Positions 25,722 through 35,745 are shown, counted from the first letter of the stretch. The stretch: DNA of 64,000 nucleotides from a virus (IMGVR_UViG_2585427722_000007:3826-67825); one strand, 5' to 3'. The notes: generated from the letters alone by a model not told the origin. Translations and numbers: made by a program.

Positions 25722-28311
25722 CCCGGCAAAGAACCCGGCAGTGAGCGCCGCCAAGCAGGAGATGGCAAGCCGGATATTGTCACGCCGGAAACTTTTACCG
25801 TTTATTCAGCGCATGAACCCGAAATACACGGCTGGGTGGGTACATGAAGACATCTGCCGGCGCCTGGAACGCTTCTCAGACGACGTAGCAGCCGGTTTAA
25901 GCCCGCGGTTGATGCTTCTTATGCCTCCGAGGTCTGGGAAGCAGCTGGCAGACGATACAGCGGTCCCAACACCGGGTGGCTGGACTACCCACGGCGAGCT
26001 TAGACCTGGTGACTCTGTGTTTCATCCAGACGGGCATGTGGTGAGGGTCTTGGCGGTTTCTGACAAGACGAGTTCCGATGTCAGGGTCACGCTGTCGAAC
26101 GGAGAGCAGATATTCTGCCACGAAGACCATGAATGGACCGTGTACAGCCGCGCTAGCGGTACTTGGGCGACACTGGAGACCCGCTTCCTGCTTGCTCCAG
26201 GGCGTACCGGCAAAACACGCCTCGGTGCGGCCAGGAACACGTACCAGCTCCCCATCGCCGCAGCGTTGCAATATACGGGCACTGAGTTCACCACGCACCC
26301 GTACACACTGGGGGCGTGGCTGGGCGACGGAAGCGCAGGCAAGCCGTGCATAAATGGAGCTGCCGGCGACTTCGGGATTACCGACAAGATACAAAGCCTT
26401 GGATATCCGGTTAGCGCCGTATGTCCCCACCGAACCACCGGAGTATTGACGACTTATTTCAGCGGCCCTCGCCCGAAGGTTTCCGGGCGGTTGACGAAGG
26501 AACTTCAGGACCTCGGTGTTTATAAGGACAAACACATTCCGGAATCGTACCAACGATTGACGATTCCACTCCGTCTGGAGTTGTTGGCGGGGCTTATCGA
26601 CACAGACGGCTGCACCGATAAAAATGGGCGGGTTTCGTTCACGTCGGTCAATAGGCGGCTGGTAAACGACGTGATTGAGTTGTGTGAGGGGCTCGGGTTT
26701 CGCCCATATGAGCAGGAGATTCAGCCCCGCTTGAGCACGTCTGGAATCCAGGGAAAGCAAGTGTATTGGGTGGTCGGGTTCCAGCCGACGATGCCTATCC
26801 CACTCACCCTTGAGAGGAAGCAGATTCGTACTTTCGCCCCCCAGAGGAGAGTCGGCATTGTGGCGGTCGAGCGGGTTGAGAGCGGCAAACAAGGTAACTG
26901 TATCCAGGTCGATAGCCCAGACGGGCTTTATCTGGCTGGCCGTAAGCTGACGGCCACACATAACAGCGAGATCGCCTCTAAAACGTTCCCAGCGTGGCAC
27001 ATGGGGCGCCATTCCGACCATGAAATCATCGCCTGCTCGTATAACGTCGGCTTGGCGATGGATTTCTCCAAGAAAGTCAAGGCACTGCTCGAAGACCAGG
27101 CGTTTCAGACTGTGTTCGACATCCGGCTGGACCCTGAGAACAAGTCGTCCGAGAGCTGGGGGCTGCTCAAGCAGCCGGGGGGCTATGTTGCTGCCGGGGT
27201 AGGGGGCGGGATCACAGGAAAAGGTTGTCATATTCTCATCATTGACGACCCGGTAAAGAACGCCGAGGAGGCGGACTCCGCCACGAGCCGCGATGCGATC
27301 TGGAACTGGTACGGTTCGACTGCTTACACCCGTTTGGCTCCAGGCGGCGGCGTACTGGTGGTACAGACCTGGTGGCACGACGACGATCTGGCCGGCCGAC
27401 TGCAGACCGAGATGGCCAATGCCAAAGCGGACGACGCAGATGTCGACCGCTTCGATGTGGTCAAGTACCCAGCGGTGGCCGAACACGATGAGTACCTGGA
27501 CTACGACACCGACTTGATCACCTATGACGTTGCGCCGGCCGACGGCCGACTGCTCAGGAGCAAGGGTGAGGTGCTGCACCCAGCTCGCTTCGATCTGGCG
27601 AAGATGATGAAGATCAAGCGCACGTTGCCGGCCCGATTCTGGTCGGCGCTGTACCAGCAGAACCCGGTACCGGACGATGGCAGCTACTTCACCAAGGACC
27701 AATTCAAGCGCGGTCCGCTACCGCCGCTACGGAACTCCAAGGTCTACATCGCCTGGGACTTCGCGATCTCCGAACGCGCCCACAACGACTACACGGTCGG
27801 CACCGTCGGGTTGCAGGATTATGACGATGTGCTGCACGCCGCCGAGGTGATCCGCTTCAAGTCCGGCGACGCCTTCTTCATCGTCGAGTCTATTCTCAAT
27901 CTTGCAAAGAGATGGTACCATCCAAGCCTGACACTGGGTTTCGAGGACGGTCAAATCTACCGTTCTATCGAAGCTCTACTAAAGAAGCGCATGCGGGAGA
28001 CGAAGTTTTACCCGTCGATCGTAGTGCTCCGACCGATCACAGACAAGATGGCCCGCGGAAGGGTGCTCCAGGGCCGGATGCAGCAGGGCATGGTGAGCTT
28101 CAATCAGGACGCCGAGTGGTTCGACACGGTCAGAAACGAGATGTTGCGCTTCCCGGCTGGCGTCCACGACGATTGCGTCGACTCGATGGCGTGGATGGCC
28201 CAGATGGCGGTCGGCAGCGAGCCGCCGCAAGAGGCCAAACCCAAGCCGCCGAAGTCCTGGAAAGACAAACTCCGCGGCGGCCTGGCCGGTGCGAGTCACA
28301 TGGCAGCATAA
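25711..28311 (+). CDS. terL: terminase large subunit (contains an intein)
   Basis: Walker A PPRSGK|S split by the intein; LIIDDPVK, QTWWHDDDL, AWDFA and FPAGVHDDCVD motifs. Confidence 0.95.
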   Translation: MMNSPAKNPAVSAAKQEMASRILSRRKLLPFIQRMNPKYTAGWVHEDICRRLERFSDDVAAGLSPRLMLLMPPRSGKQLADDTAVPTPGGWTTHGELRPGDSVFHPDGHVVRVLAVSDKTSSDVRVTLSNGEQIFCHEDHEWTVYSRASGTWATLETRFLLAPGRTGKTRLGAARNTYQLPIAAALQYTGTEFTTHPYTLGAWLGDGSAGKPCINGAAGDFGITDKIQSLGYPVSAVCPHRTTGVLTTYFSGPRPKVSGRLTKELQDLGVYKDKHIPESYQRLTIPLRLELLAGLIDTDGCTDKNGRVSFTSVNRRLVNDVIELCEGLGFRPYEQEIQPRLSTSGIQGKQVYWVVGFQPTMPIPLTLERKQIRTFAPQRRVGIVAVERVESGKQGNCIQVDSPDGLYLAGRKLTATHNSEIASKTFPAWHMGRHSDHEIIACSYNVGLAMDFSKKVKALLEDQAFQTVFDIRLDPENKSSESWGLLKQPGGYVAAGVGGGITGKGCHILIIDDPVKNAEEADSATSRDAIWNWYGSTAYTRLAPGGGVLVVQTWWHDDDLAGRLQTEMANAKADDADVDRFDVVKYPAVAEHDEYLDYDTDLITYDVAPADGRLLRSKGEVLHPARFDLAKMMKIKRTLPARFWSALYQQNPVPDDGSYFTKDQFKRGPLPPLRNSKVYIAWDFAISERAHNDYTVGTVGLQDYDDVLHAAEVIRFKSGDAFFIVESILNLAKRWYHPSLTLGFEDGQIYRSIEALLKKRMRETKFYPSIVVLRPITDKMARGRVLQGRMQQGMVSFNQDAEWFDTVRNEMLRFPAGVHDDCVDSMAWMAQMAVGSEPPQEAKPKPPKSWKDKLRGGLAGASHMAA
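25942..26964 (+). mobile_element. class 3-type intein with LAGLIDADG homing endonuclease (341 aa)
   Basis: Starts QLADDTAVPTP and ends THN|S; block B CHEDHEW, block F NCIQV; endonuclease motifs LGAWLGDG and LLAGLIDTDG. Confidence 0.92.
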
Positions 28312-28324
28312 CGAAAGAGCGCAA

Positions 28325-30448
28325 ATGCCCCTCAACACCGATTTAGCGTCCAAGGTCTGGTACCGTTACCAGTATGCAAGAGAAACTGGTCATACCGACT
28401 TCGCCCGTAAAGCGAACATATGCGAGAACTACTTTCGCGGCGAGCAGTGGACCCCGGAAGACCTGGCGGCACTGAAGGCAAGCCGCCGACCGGCACTGAC
28501 CATCAACAAGATCATCTCCACCATCGGCAACGTGATGGGCGAGCAGATTTACAACCGATCCGAGATCAGTTTCCGGCCCAAGTCCGGCGCCGACAGCGGT
28601 ACCGCCGACATCCTGACCAAGGTATTCAAGCAGATTTCCGACAATAACCAGCTAGACTGGCGCCGCAGCGACATGTTCGCCGACGGCATCATCACCAGCC
28701 GCGGTTTCCTCGACGTCCGAATGGACTTCGGCGACGCCATGCAGGGCGAGGTACGGATCGAAAACATCAACCCGAAGAACGTCCTGATCGACAACGACGC
28801 CGAGGAACACGATCCGGACAGCTGGAACGAGGTGTTCGTCACCAAGTGGATGACCGCCGACGATATCGCAGTGCTGTATTCGAAGACCGACGCTGACCTG
28901 CTGCGCAACCGCGACGGCAGTTATTTCCCGTACGGCTACGACGCAATCGACACCGAACGCGACCGCTTCGGTAACAAGGTCAGCCTAGTCGGCAACGCGA
29001 TACAGGGCCACGACATGAGCCCGGTACTGCGCAACCTGCGCGTGATCGAGCGCCAGCACCGGGTGCTGGACCGCCAGAAGCACTTCATCGACCCGAAAAC
29101 CGGCGACATGCGGCCGGTACCGGCAGACTGGGACCGCAACCGCATCGCGCTGGTCAGCCAGCAGTTCGGCTACGAAGTGATCCCGAAACTGGTCAAGCGC
29201 ATCCGCTGGACCGTGATCTCCGACAACATCGTGCTGCACGACGACTGGAGCCCGTACCAGCACTTCACCGTGGTGCCGTACTTCCCATATTTCCGCCGCG
29301 GCAAGACCGTCGGCCTAGTCGAGAACCTGCTCGGCCCGCAGGAACTGCTGAACAAGGTCAGCTCCCAGGAGTTGCACGTCGTCAATTCGAGCGCGAACAG
29401 CGGCTATAAGGTCAAGACCGGCGCGCTGGCCACCATGAGCATCGAGGAGCTGGAGCAGCGCGGTGCCGAGACCGGCCTGGTGATCGAAATGAACGGCAAC
29501 CTGGACGAGGTCGAGAAAATCCAGCCGAACGCCACGCCGCAAGGGTTGGACCGGATCAGCTACAAGGCCGAGGAGCACATCAAGACGATCTCCGGGGTCA
29601 GCGACAGCCAGCAGGGCATGGACCGCGAGGACGTGGCCGCCAAGGCAATCCAGACCAAGCGCCAGGCTGCCAGTACCAACATGGCCAAGCCGCTCGACAG
29701 CCTGGTGCGCACCGACTTCATGTTGGCCCGCAACATCCTCGACCTGGTGCAGACCTTCTACACGGAGGAGCGCATCCTGACCATCACCCACGACCGCGAT
29801 GGCGGCGGCACCGAAGACATCACGATCAACCAAACCAGCCCCGAAGGGTACGTGCTCAATGACCTGACCCTGGGCGAGTTCGACGTCACGATCAGCTCGG
29901 TACCGCAGCGCGAAACGCTGGAAGACAGCCAGTTCGACCAGGCCGTGAGCATGAAGAAGGACCTCGGCATCCAGATTCCCGACAGCTTCATCATCAAAGC
30001 CAGCCGCCTGCTCAACAAGAACGACCTCATCAAGCAGCTCGAAGCCAGCACGAACTCGCCACAAGCACAGGCCGCCGCGCAGCTGCAGCAGCGCGGGCAG
30101 GAGGCGGAAGTCGGCAAAACCGAGGCCGAGATCGCCCAGAAACAGGCCGATGCGCAGCTTAAACAGGCCAAGACCCAGAAGGAGGGCGTCGCTACCCAGA
30201 AGGACGCCCAGACCCCAATCGAGACCGGCGAGGGCGGCAACGAGGCCGAGATGATGAAGGTCCAGGCCGAGACGCAGCTGGCGCGCGAGAAGTTCCAGTT
30301 CGAGCAGCAGATGCAGCTCAAGGAGTTCGAGCTGAAGCAGCAGGAGATGCAGCAGAAGCAACAGCTGGCCCAGCAGGCAGCGGCGCAGAAGGCCGTAGCC
30401 GACCGGGTCGCACGATCACAGAAACCTAACCCTACCCAAGGAGCTTGA
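28325..30448 (+). CDS. portal protein (P22-like, with Gln-rich C-terminal barrel)
   Basis: Follows terL; YFRGEQW...RPALTINKI motif; long Gln/Ala coiled-coil tail. Confidence 0.9.
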   Translation: MPLNTDLASKVWYRYQYARETGHTDFARKANICENYFRGEQWTPEDLAALKASRRPALTINKIISTIGNVMGEQIYNRSEISFRPKSGADSGTADILTKVFKQISDNNQLDWRRSDMFADGIITSRGFLDVRMDFGDAMQGEVRIENINPKNVLIDNDAEEHDPDSWNEVFVTKWMTADDIAVLYSKTDADLLRNRDGSYFPYGYDAIDTERDRFGNKVSLVGNAIQGHDMSPVLRNLRVIERQHRVLDRQKHFIDPKTGDMRPVPADWDRNRIALVSQQFGYEVIPKLVKRIRWTVISDNIVLHDDWSPYQHFTVVPYFPYFRRGKTVGLVENLLGPQELLNKVSSQELHVVNSSANSGYKVKTGALATMSIEELEQRGAETGLVIEMNGNLDEVEKIQPNATPQGLDRISYKAEEHIKTISGVSDSQQGMDREDVAAKAIQTKRQAASTNMAKPLDSLVRTDFMLARNILDLVQTFYTEERILTITHDRDGGGTEDITINQTSPEGYVLNDLTLGEFDVTISSVPQRETLEDSQFDQAVSMKKDLGIQIPDSFIIKASRLLNKNDLIKQLEASTNSPQAQAAAQLQQRGQEAEVGKTEAEIAQKQADAQLKQAKTQKEGVATQKDAQTPIETGEGGNEAEMMKVQAETQLAREKFQFEQQMQLKEFELKQQEMQQKQQLAQQAAAQKAVADRVARSQKPNPTQGA

Positions 30449-30451
30449 CCC

Positions 30452-31423
30452 ATGAAGTTTTCCAACCTGTTGAAATACCTGCTGTCCCCATTCTTCATGT
30501 TCGCAGTGGACGACGAAGGCGGCGGGGGCGGCGGAGCCGGCGAAGATCGTGGCGACACGCTGGACGCCGGCGCACCAAAAGTCGAAGACCCAATCGTCGA
30601 CCCGATGAAGGATGAGAAGACCGAAGAGACGGAAGGCGACGGCGAGGACAGCAAGGAAGATGACAAGAAAGCCAAAAAGGACTCGCGCATCCCGATGGCG
30701 AGGCATAAGGAGCTTCTGGAGAAGGAGCGCGCCGCGCGCGATGCAGCAGTCGCCGAGCTGGCCAAGTACAAGCAAGGCGCGCAGGTCGAGCAGACCAATG
30801 AGGCGATCGAGGCCACCGAGACCAAGCTGGTGGCTCTGGAAACCGAGTACAACAAGCTGCTGGCCGACGGCGAAATCGACAAGGCCACCGCCAAGATGAG
30901 CGAAATCCGTCGTCTGGAGCGCACCATCGGCGATCAGAAGTCCGATATGAAGGCGCAGGCGGCAGAAGTGCGGGCGGTCGAACGGGTGCGCTACGACACC
31001 GTGGTGGAGCGGTTGGAGGCGGCATTCCCGGCGCTGAACCCGGAAGCGGAGGAGTTCGACAAAGACGCGGTGGCCGAGGTACTGGAGCTGAAGGACGCCT
31101 ACGAGCTCAAGGGGTTGACTCCGAGCGCCGCGCTGCAGAAAGCCGTCAAATATGTGCTGGGCGCCGAGACCGGCCGTGAGAAATCGGCCACCGAGGTGAC
31201 GCCGAACGTCGACAAGGACGAGGTCGCCAAGCTGCGCAAGCAGGAAGCCCTGAAGCGCAACATCGCAGCCGCCAAGGCCACGCCGGCCAGTACCGCGAAG
31301 GTCGGGCTGAACAACGAGGACGGCGGCGAGCTGACCGCGGAGAAGGCAATGAAGATGAGCCAGGAAGAGTTCGCCAAGCTGGATGAAAAGACCCTGGCGC
31401 GGATGCGCGGGGATAGCCTGTAG
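30452..31423 (+). CDS. scaffolding protein
   Basis: Acidic coiled-coil protein between portal and MCP; ends MSQEEFAKLDE..LARMRGD. Confidence 0.75.
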   Translation: MKFSNLLKYLLSPFFMFAVDDEGGGGGGAGEDRGDTLDAGAPKVEDPIVDPMKDEKTEETEGDGEDSKEDDKKAKKDSRIPMARHKELLEKERAARDAAVAELAKYKQGAQVEQTNEAIEATETKLVALETEYNKLLADGEIDKATAKMSEIRRLERTIGDQKSDMKAQAAEVRAVERVRYDTVVERLEAAFPALNPEAEEFDKDAVAEVLELKDAYELKGLTPSAALQKAVKYVLGAETGREKSATEVTPNVDKDEVAKLRKQEALKRNIAAAKATPASTAKVGLNNEDGGELTAEKAMKMSQEEFAKLDEKTLARMRGDSL

Positions 31424-31448
31424 TTTTTAATTAACGACGGAGAAGACT

Positions 31449-31853
31449 ATGCGCGTACTCAACGAACACAAAATCAACCCGGCCAACGATACCCTGACTC
31501 TTACGGTAACGGACGAACCAGGCGCGGGCGGGGCGAACCACCGCTACGAGATCACCGGTATGGACACCGGTGGAAACGCGTCAGCAACAGACGCCGAAGG
31601 GTACAAGGCGTCGTTCAGTAGACAGGTTATCTTGTTCCAGAACGGCACGATTCCCGAAAACGGTGTCAACGGCGTCACCCACGAGGTGCTACTTGCCATA
31701 GTCGCTGACCGTCTGCGCAGCTTCCAAGCCGGCCCATTCGCGTGTAAGGCCAACGCGTGCGCATTGACACATATCGAGGAAGCTCAGCACTGGCTTCAGC
31801 AACGCACCATCGAGCGCATGCGGCGCGGTGTCGAGGGCACGCACACAGTTTAA
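31449..31853 (+). CDS. tad1: Tad1-like anti-defence nucleotide-signal sponge
   Basis: G.GGA.H.Y, FQ.G and DRLRSFQAGPF...NACALTHIEEA..W...R...R..R.V.GT match Tad1 as recalled. Confidence 0.85.
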   Translation: MRVLNEHKINPANDTLTLTVTDEPGAGGANHRYEITGMDTGGNASATDAEGYKASFSRQVILFQNGTIPENGVNGVTHEVLLAIVADRLRSFQAGPFACKANACALTHIEEAQHWLQQRTIERMRRGVEGTHTV

Positions 31854-31876
31854 TTCGCCGTCCGCTCTACAAATCT

Positions 31877-31907
31877 AAAATAGATTGCTTGTGCAATCTA
31901 TTTTTTT
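31877..31907 (+). terminator. Rho-independent terminator overlapping a sigma70-like MCP promoter
   Basis: aaaatagattgc-ttgt-gcaatctatttt plus T run; TTGTGC-N17-TAGACT at 31889-31917. Confidence 0.65.
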
Positions 31908-32017
31908 GTCTTAGACTGTCGGTAACGTCATAGGCACGACACGCCTACTCCGTAGATCGAACGACACTCGATAAAGCAAGAGCAGTCTCTTCTTTAACGA
32001 TTCTACGGAGGTGCCTA

Positions 32018-33130
32018 ATGGCATTGACCAACTTCGGTCTCCTGACCAATGAACAAAAAACCATGTGGAGCCGCGACCTGTGGAAACAGGCCCGCAACCA
32101 GTCTTTCATCGGCAAATTCCTCGGCTCCGGCCCCGGCGCGCTGGTCCAGCACATCACCGAACTCAAGAAATCCGAAAAAGGCGCACGCGCCGTTATCACC
32201 CTGCTGGCTGACCTGACTGGCGACGGTATCGCCGGCGACCGCACGCTGGAAGGCAACGAAGAACAGATGCAGACCTTCGATCAGGTAATCCGGATCGATC
32301 AGCTGCGCCATGCCAACCGCCACGAAGGCCGGATGGCCGACCAGAAGTCGATCGTCGAATTCCGCGGCAACTCCAAGAACGTGCTGTCGTACTGGCTGGC
32401 GGACCGCATCGACCAGATGGCGTTCCTGACCATGGCCGGTATCTCGTATGCCAAGCGCAACAACGGCGCGACCCGCGTCGGCTCCGACCTGCAGTTCCTG
32501 GAGTTCGCCGCCGACGTAACCGCGCCGTCGAACGGTCGCCGCTTCCGCTGGGACAACACCGCCAAGGGCCTGATCGCCGCCGGTGCATCCAACGCAGTGG
32601 CAGCGACCGACACCATCGCCTGGGAAATGTTCGTGGCGCTGAAAGCAGCCGCCAAGGACCGCTACATCCGCGGCGTGATGGAGGGTGGCGAGGAAACTTA
32701 CCATGCGTTCGTCACACCGTCGGTGATGGCCAACCTGAAGCTCGACCCGACTTACCTGCTGAACTTGCGTCATTCGCAGAGCCCAGACAAGAACAGCACG
32801 CTGTTTACCGGCGCCTCGGTCAAGATCGACGGCATCTACCTGCACGAGTTCCGCCATGTGCCGAACACCACTGGCGCCATCTCCGGCGCCAAGTACGGTG
32901 CTGCCGGCACCGTCGATGGCTGCCAGGTGCTGTTCTGCGGCGCCCAGGCGCTCGGCATGGCAGACATCGGCGCTCCGGAATGGGAAGAAAAGGGCTTCGA
33001 CTACGAGAACTCGCAAGGTATCTCGGTTGGAAAAATCCTCGGCTTCCTGAAACCGAAATTCGGCTCGATCTACGAGAACGGCTCCGTCGAAGACTTCGGC
33101 GTGATGTCGGTCTACGTGGCTCAGAAATAA
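32018..33130 (+). CDS. major capsid protein (N4-gp56/DUF4043-like)
   Basis: ITELKK..KG, GDRTLEGNEE, IDQLRHA and LFCGAQAL motifs; strong RBS; lies after the scaffold gene. Confidence 0.9.
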   Translation: MALTNFGLLTNEQKTMWSRDLWKQARNQSFIGKFLGSGPGALVQHITELKKSEKGARAVITLLADLTGDGIAGDRTLEGNEEQMQTFDQVIRIDQLRHANRHEGRMADQKSIVEFRGNSKNVLSYWLADRIDQMAFLTMAGISYAKRNNGATRVGSDLQFLEFAADVTAPSNGRRFRWDNTAKGLIAAGASNAVAATDTIAWEMFVALKAAAKDRYIRGVMEGGEETYHAFVTPSVMANLKLDPTYLLNLRHSQSPDKNSTLFTGASVKIDGIYLHEFRHVPNTTGAISGAKYGAAGTVDGCQVLFCGAQALGMADIGAPEWEEKGFDYENSQGISVGKILGFLKPKFGSIYENGSVEDFGVMSVYVAQK

Positions 33131-33141
33131 GGAGAACCAGG

Positions 33142-33645
33142 ATGAAATTACTTGCCTCCCGCTCTGCTCAGTTCCCTCTGGTTGCGCAGATCATCGCCAG
33201 CTTCAATAACTGGGTAACGGACTCGGTCGACCTGACCGCCAAAACTCTCGGTTCTACGCCAGCCTTGTCGACAGACCCTGCGCAGGCAGGACTGACCGGC
33301 CCAGTCGCCAACACCGTCACGTTCGACTGCATCCCGCTACCAGTGGGCGCCGTAATCACCGGCGGTGAGCTGATCGTCGACGTGGCCTACGTCGGCCCGA
33401 CAGCGGCGACGATCTCGTTGGGCATCGCCGGCGCTACCACCGACCTGCTCAACGCGGTCAGCCTACTGGCCACCGGCCGTACTGCGTTCACTCTGACCGG
33501 TCTGGTTACTGAGGATTCTCAGTCTACCGGTGCCAACCTGCGCATGACCCTTGCCTACACGGTGGCTAACGCTACCGCCGGTAAGTTCCGTCTACGCGTG
33601 ATGTACACCGTTGACGGCCGCGCACAGGAAGTGCAGATCGCCTAA
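33142..33645 (+). CDS. capsid decoration/cement protein
   Basis: Directly after MCP; LPVGAVITGG beta-rich pattern. Confidence 0.65.
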   Translation: MKLLASRSAQFPLVAQIIASFNNWVTDSVDLTAKTLGSTPALSTDPAQAGLTGPVANTVTFDCIPLPVGAVITGGELIVDVAYVGPTAATISLGIAGATTDLLNAVSLLATGRTAFTLTGLVTEDSQSTGANLRMTLAYTVANATAGKFRLRVMYTVDGRAQEVQIA

Positions 33646-33655
33646 GTAACACGGT

Positions 33656-33683
33656 CCGGGGCGGTAGATAACTACCGCCCCGG
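33656..33683 (+). terminator. strong hairpin after the capsid genes
   Basis: ccggggcggtag-ataa-ctaccgccccgg, with a poor U-tract. Confidence 0.5.
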
Positions 33684-33715
33684 CTTCGACCCATCTACCG
33701 TTCTGGAGCGCCGAT

Positions 33716-34087
33716 ATGAAGTTTGTTCTCAACCGCAACAAGATAATCGTGTCCTTGCAAGGCCACGCGATTGAATTCAAGAAGGGCGAGCCTACGCACG
33801 TCCCACACGCACTCTGGGCCGAGGTGCAGGCCGTCGGTGCCCTGCCGGAAGACGAACTGCCGGAAGAAATCCGCACCGCCTCAAAAGAGCCGCTGGACCC
33901 GATCGAGCGCAAGGGGCTGATCTTCGCCGCCTTCGAGCAGCTGGTCCTGGACGCCAAGCGCGAGAGTTTCACCGGCACCGGCGTGCCGCACGCCAAGGCG
34001 CTGGCCGCACAGATGGGCTTCATCATCGACAATAAAGAGCGCGATGCGCTGTGGGCCGAGTTTCAACTGGCTGACAAGGCCGAGTAA
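33716..34087 (+). CDS. hypothetical virion-module protein
   Basis: 123-aa ORF with GGAG RBS. Confidence 0.75.
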   Translation: MKFVLNRNKIIVSLQGHAIEFKKGEPTHVPHALWAEVQAVGALPEDELPEEIRTASKEPLDPIERKGLIFAAFEQLVLDAKRESFTGTGVPHAKALAAQMGFIIDNKERDALWAEFQLADKAE

Positions 34088-34737
34088 TGAACAGCACCGA
34101 GCTGCGCGACCAGTTCCGGGCCGATGTGGTCGACCAGATGGAGCCTTTTCTCTGGTCGGACCCCGAGATCTATGACTATCTGGACGATGCCCAGAAGATG
34201 TTCTGCCGCCTCACCGGCGGGCTCGGTGACGCCTCCACGCTCCTGACAGTACTTAACTACACCCCAGCCTCAGACTGGGTGCCGCTTAGCGCGCTGATCC
34301 TGAAACTGCGCAACGCCTATAACGTCACCGACGGTCTGCCGATCGAGGTCATCAACTTCGAGGGCATGGCGCAGCTGCGCATCCGGTTCGACGGCCGTAC
34401 CGGCCGGGTGAAGTACCTGATCACCGGCATGGAACCGGGAAAAGCACGGCTGTATCCGGCCCCGGACGCCGTCGGCACAATTCAGCTGCTGGTCGACCGC
34501 CTGCCGCTGAAGACCATCGACGATGAAGACCAGAAGCTCGAAGTAGCCGACCAGCACAAGACCGGCCTGGGCCTGTGGATGAAGTCGCGCGCCTACAGCA
34601 AGCAGGACGCCGAGACCTTCGACCGCAACAAGGCAGAAGGGTTCGAGCAGAAGTTCCGCGTCTATTGCGCCGATGCCAAGAAAGAGAAAGACCGCGCCAA
34701 GCACAAGACCAGAGTCGTTCAGTATGGGGGCCTGTAA
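34087..34737 (+). CDS. head-tail adaptor protein
   Basis: LWSD.EI.DYLDDAQ..FCR and RAYSKQDAE motifs typical of podovirus adaptors. Confidence 0.7.
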   Translation: MNSTELRDQFRADVVDQMEPFLWSDPEIYDYLDDAQKMFCRLTGGLGDASTLLTVLNYTPASDWVPLSALILKLRNAYNVTDGLPIEVINFEGMAQLRIRFDGRTGRVKYLITGMEPGKARLYPAPDAVGTIQLLVDRLPLKTIDDEDQKLEVADQHKTGLGLWMKSRAYSKQDAETFDRNKAEGFEQKFRVYCADAKKEKDRAKHKTRVVQYGGL

Positions 34738-34740
34738 TCC

Positions 34741-35343
34741 ATGACTGTCGAACTCGACCTCAGTATCCGTCAAGGCGCCACTTACCGCCACATCGTGCGC
34801 TGGGAGACGCAACTGATCGCCTATAAACCTATCACTGACGTCACACAGACAGCGCCTGTGGTAGTAACCGCGACGGGGCATGGTATCCCGGACGGTTGGA
34901 AAGCAGCGGTCGTGTCGGTAAAAGGCATGACTCAGATAAATGCCGCCACGCCGCCGAAGAAGGCGGACTATCGCCCGGTCACAGTACTGAGCGCGGACAG
35001 CATCGCTCTGAACGACGTTAATGCGGCCAGCTTCGCCCCTTATGCGAGCGGCGGATACCTGCGGTTCTATACACCGGCTGACCTGGCCGGATTTACCGCG
35101 CGGATGTCGATCAAGGACCGCATCGGCGGTACTGAGCTGATCTCGCTGACAGATGCGAATGCCAGGATCGTGCTCGATGATGCGGCCAAGACCATCACGC
35201 TGCTGTTGAGCGCGACCGACACCGCATCGTTCGCCTGGGCGAACGGCGTGTATGACCTCGAACTCGTTTCCGTCGCCGGCGAAGTTACTACTCTACTGAG
35301 CGGCGCCGTTTCCATCATCAAAGAAGTGACCACCACACCGTAA
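34741..35343 (+). CDS. tail-associated protein (BppU-like fold possible)
   Basis: LSIRQGATY, DLAGFTARM and GVYDLELVS motifs. Confidence 0.65.
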   Translation: MTVELDLSIRQGATYRHIVRWETQLIAYKPITDVTQTAPVVVTATGHGIPDGWKAAVVSVKGMTQINAATPPKKADYRPVTVLSADSIALNDVNAASFAPYASGGYLRFYTPADLAGFTARMSIKDRIGGTELISLTDANARIVLDDAAKTITLLLSATDTASFAWANGVYDLELVSVAGEVTTLLSGAVSIIKEVTTTP

Positions 35344-35352
35344 GGAATCAAG

Positions 35353-35745
35353 ATGACCACAGGCTATAACGTACTGCTCCGCAACGCCCAAATGGACGCC
35401 ATCACAACTTTTGCTGGCGCCGGCGCCAAACTGCGCATCTACGACGGTGCCCGCCCAGCCACAGGAGGTGCAGCGACCACGCTGCTGGCGGAATTCACGC
35501 TCGCCTCGCCGTTCGCCCCCGCAGCCGCCGCTGCTGTCCTGTCGCCCACTCTACCTGCAAACACCACAGGCGCAGCTGCCGGTACTGCGTCCTGGTGGCG
35601 CATCGTCAAGGCCGACGGCACCACACATGTGCTGGATGGCTCGGCCGGCACTTCGGCAGCCGACCTGATCCTGAACACCACGACGATCTCGGTCGGCGTG
35701 GCAGTAGCAGTGACCGCCTTCACGATCACACGCGGCAACGCATAA
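35353..35745 (+). CDS. virion structural protein (paralogue family, 1 of 3)
   Basis: RN...LRIYDG.RP...GTASWWR...LDGSAGTSAADL.L. Confidence 0.7.
   Translation: MTTGYNVLLRNAQMDAITTFAGAGAKLRIYDGARPATGGAATTLLAEFTLASPFAPAAAAAVLSPTLPANTTGAAAGTASWWRIVKADGTTHVLDGSAGTSAADLILNTTTISVGVAVAVTAFTITRGNA

Noticed and set aside
25897-27702. 601-aa minus-strand ORF
   Set aside because: Antisense shadow of terL and its intein.
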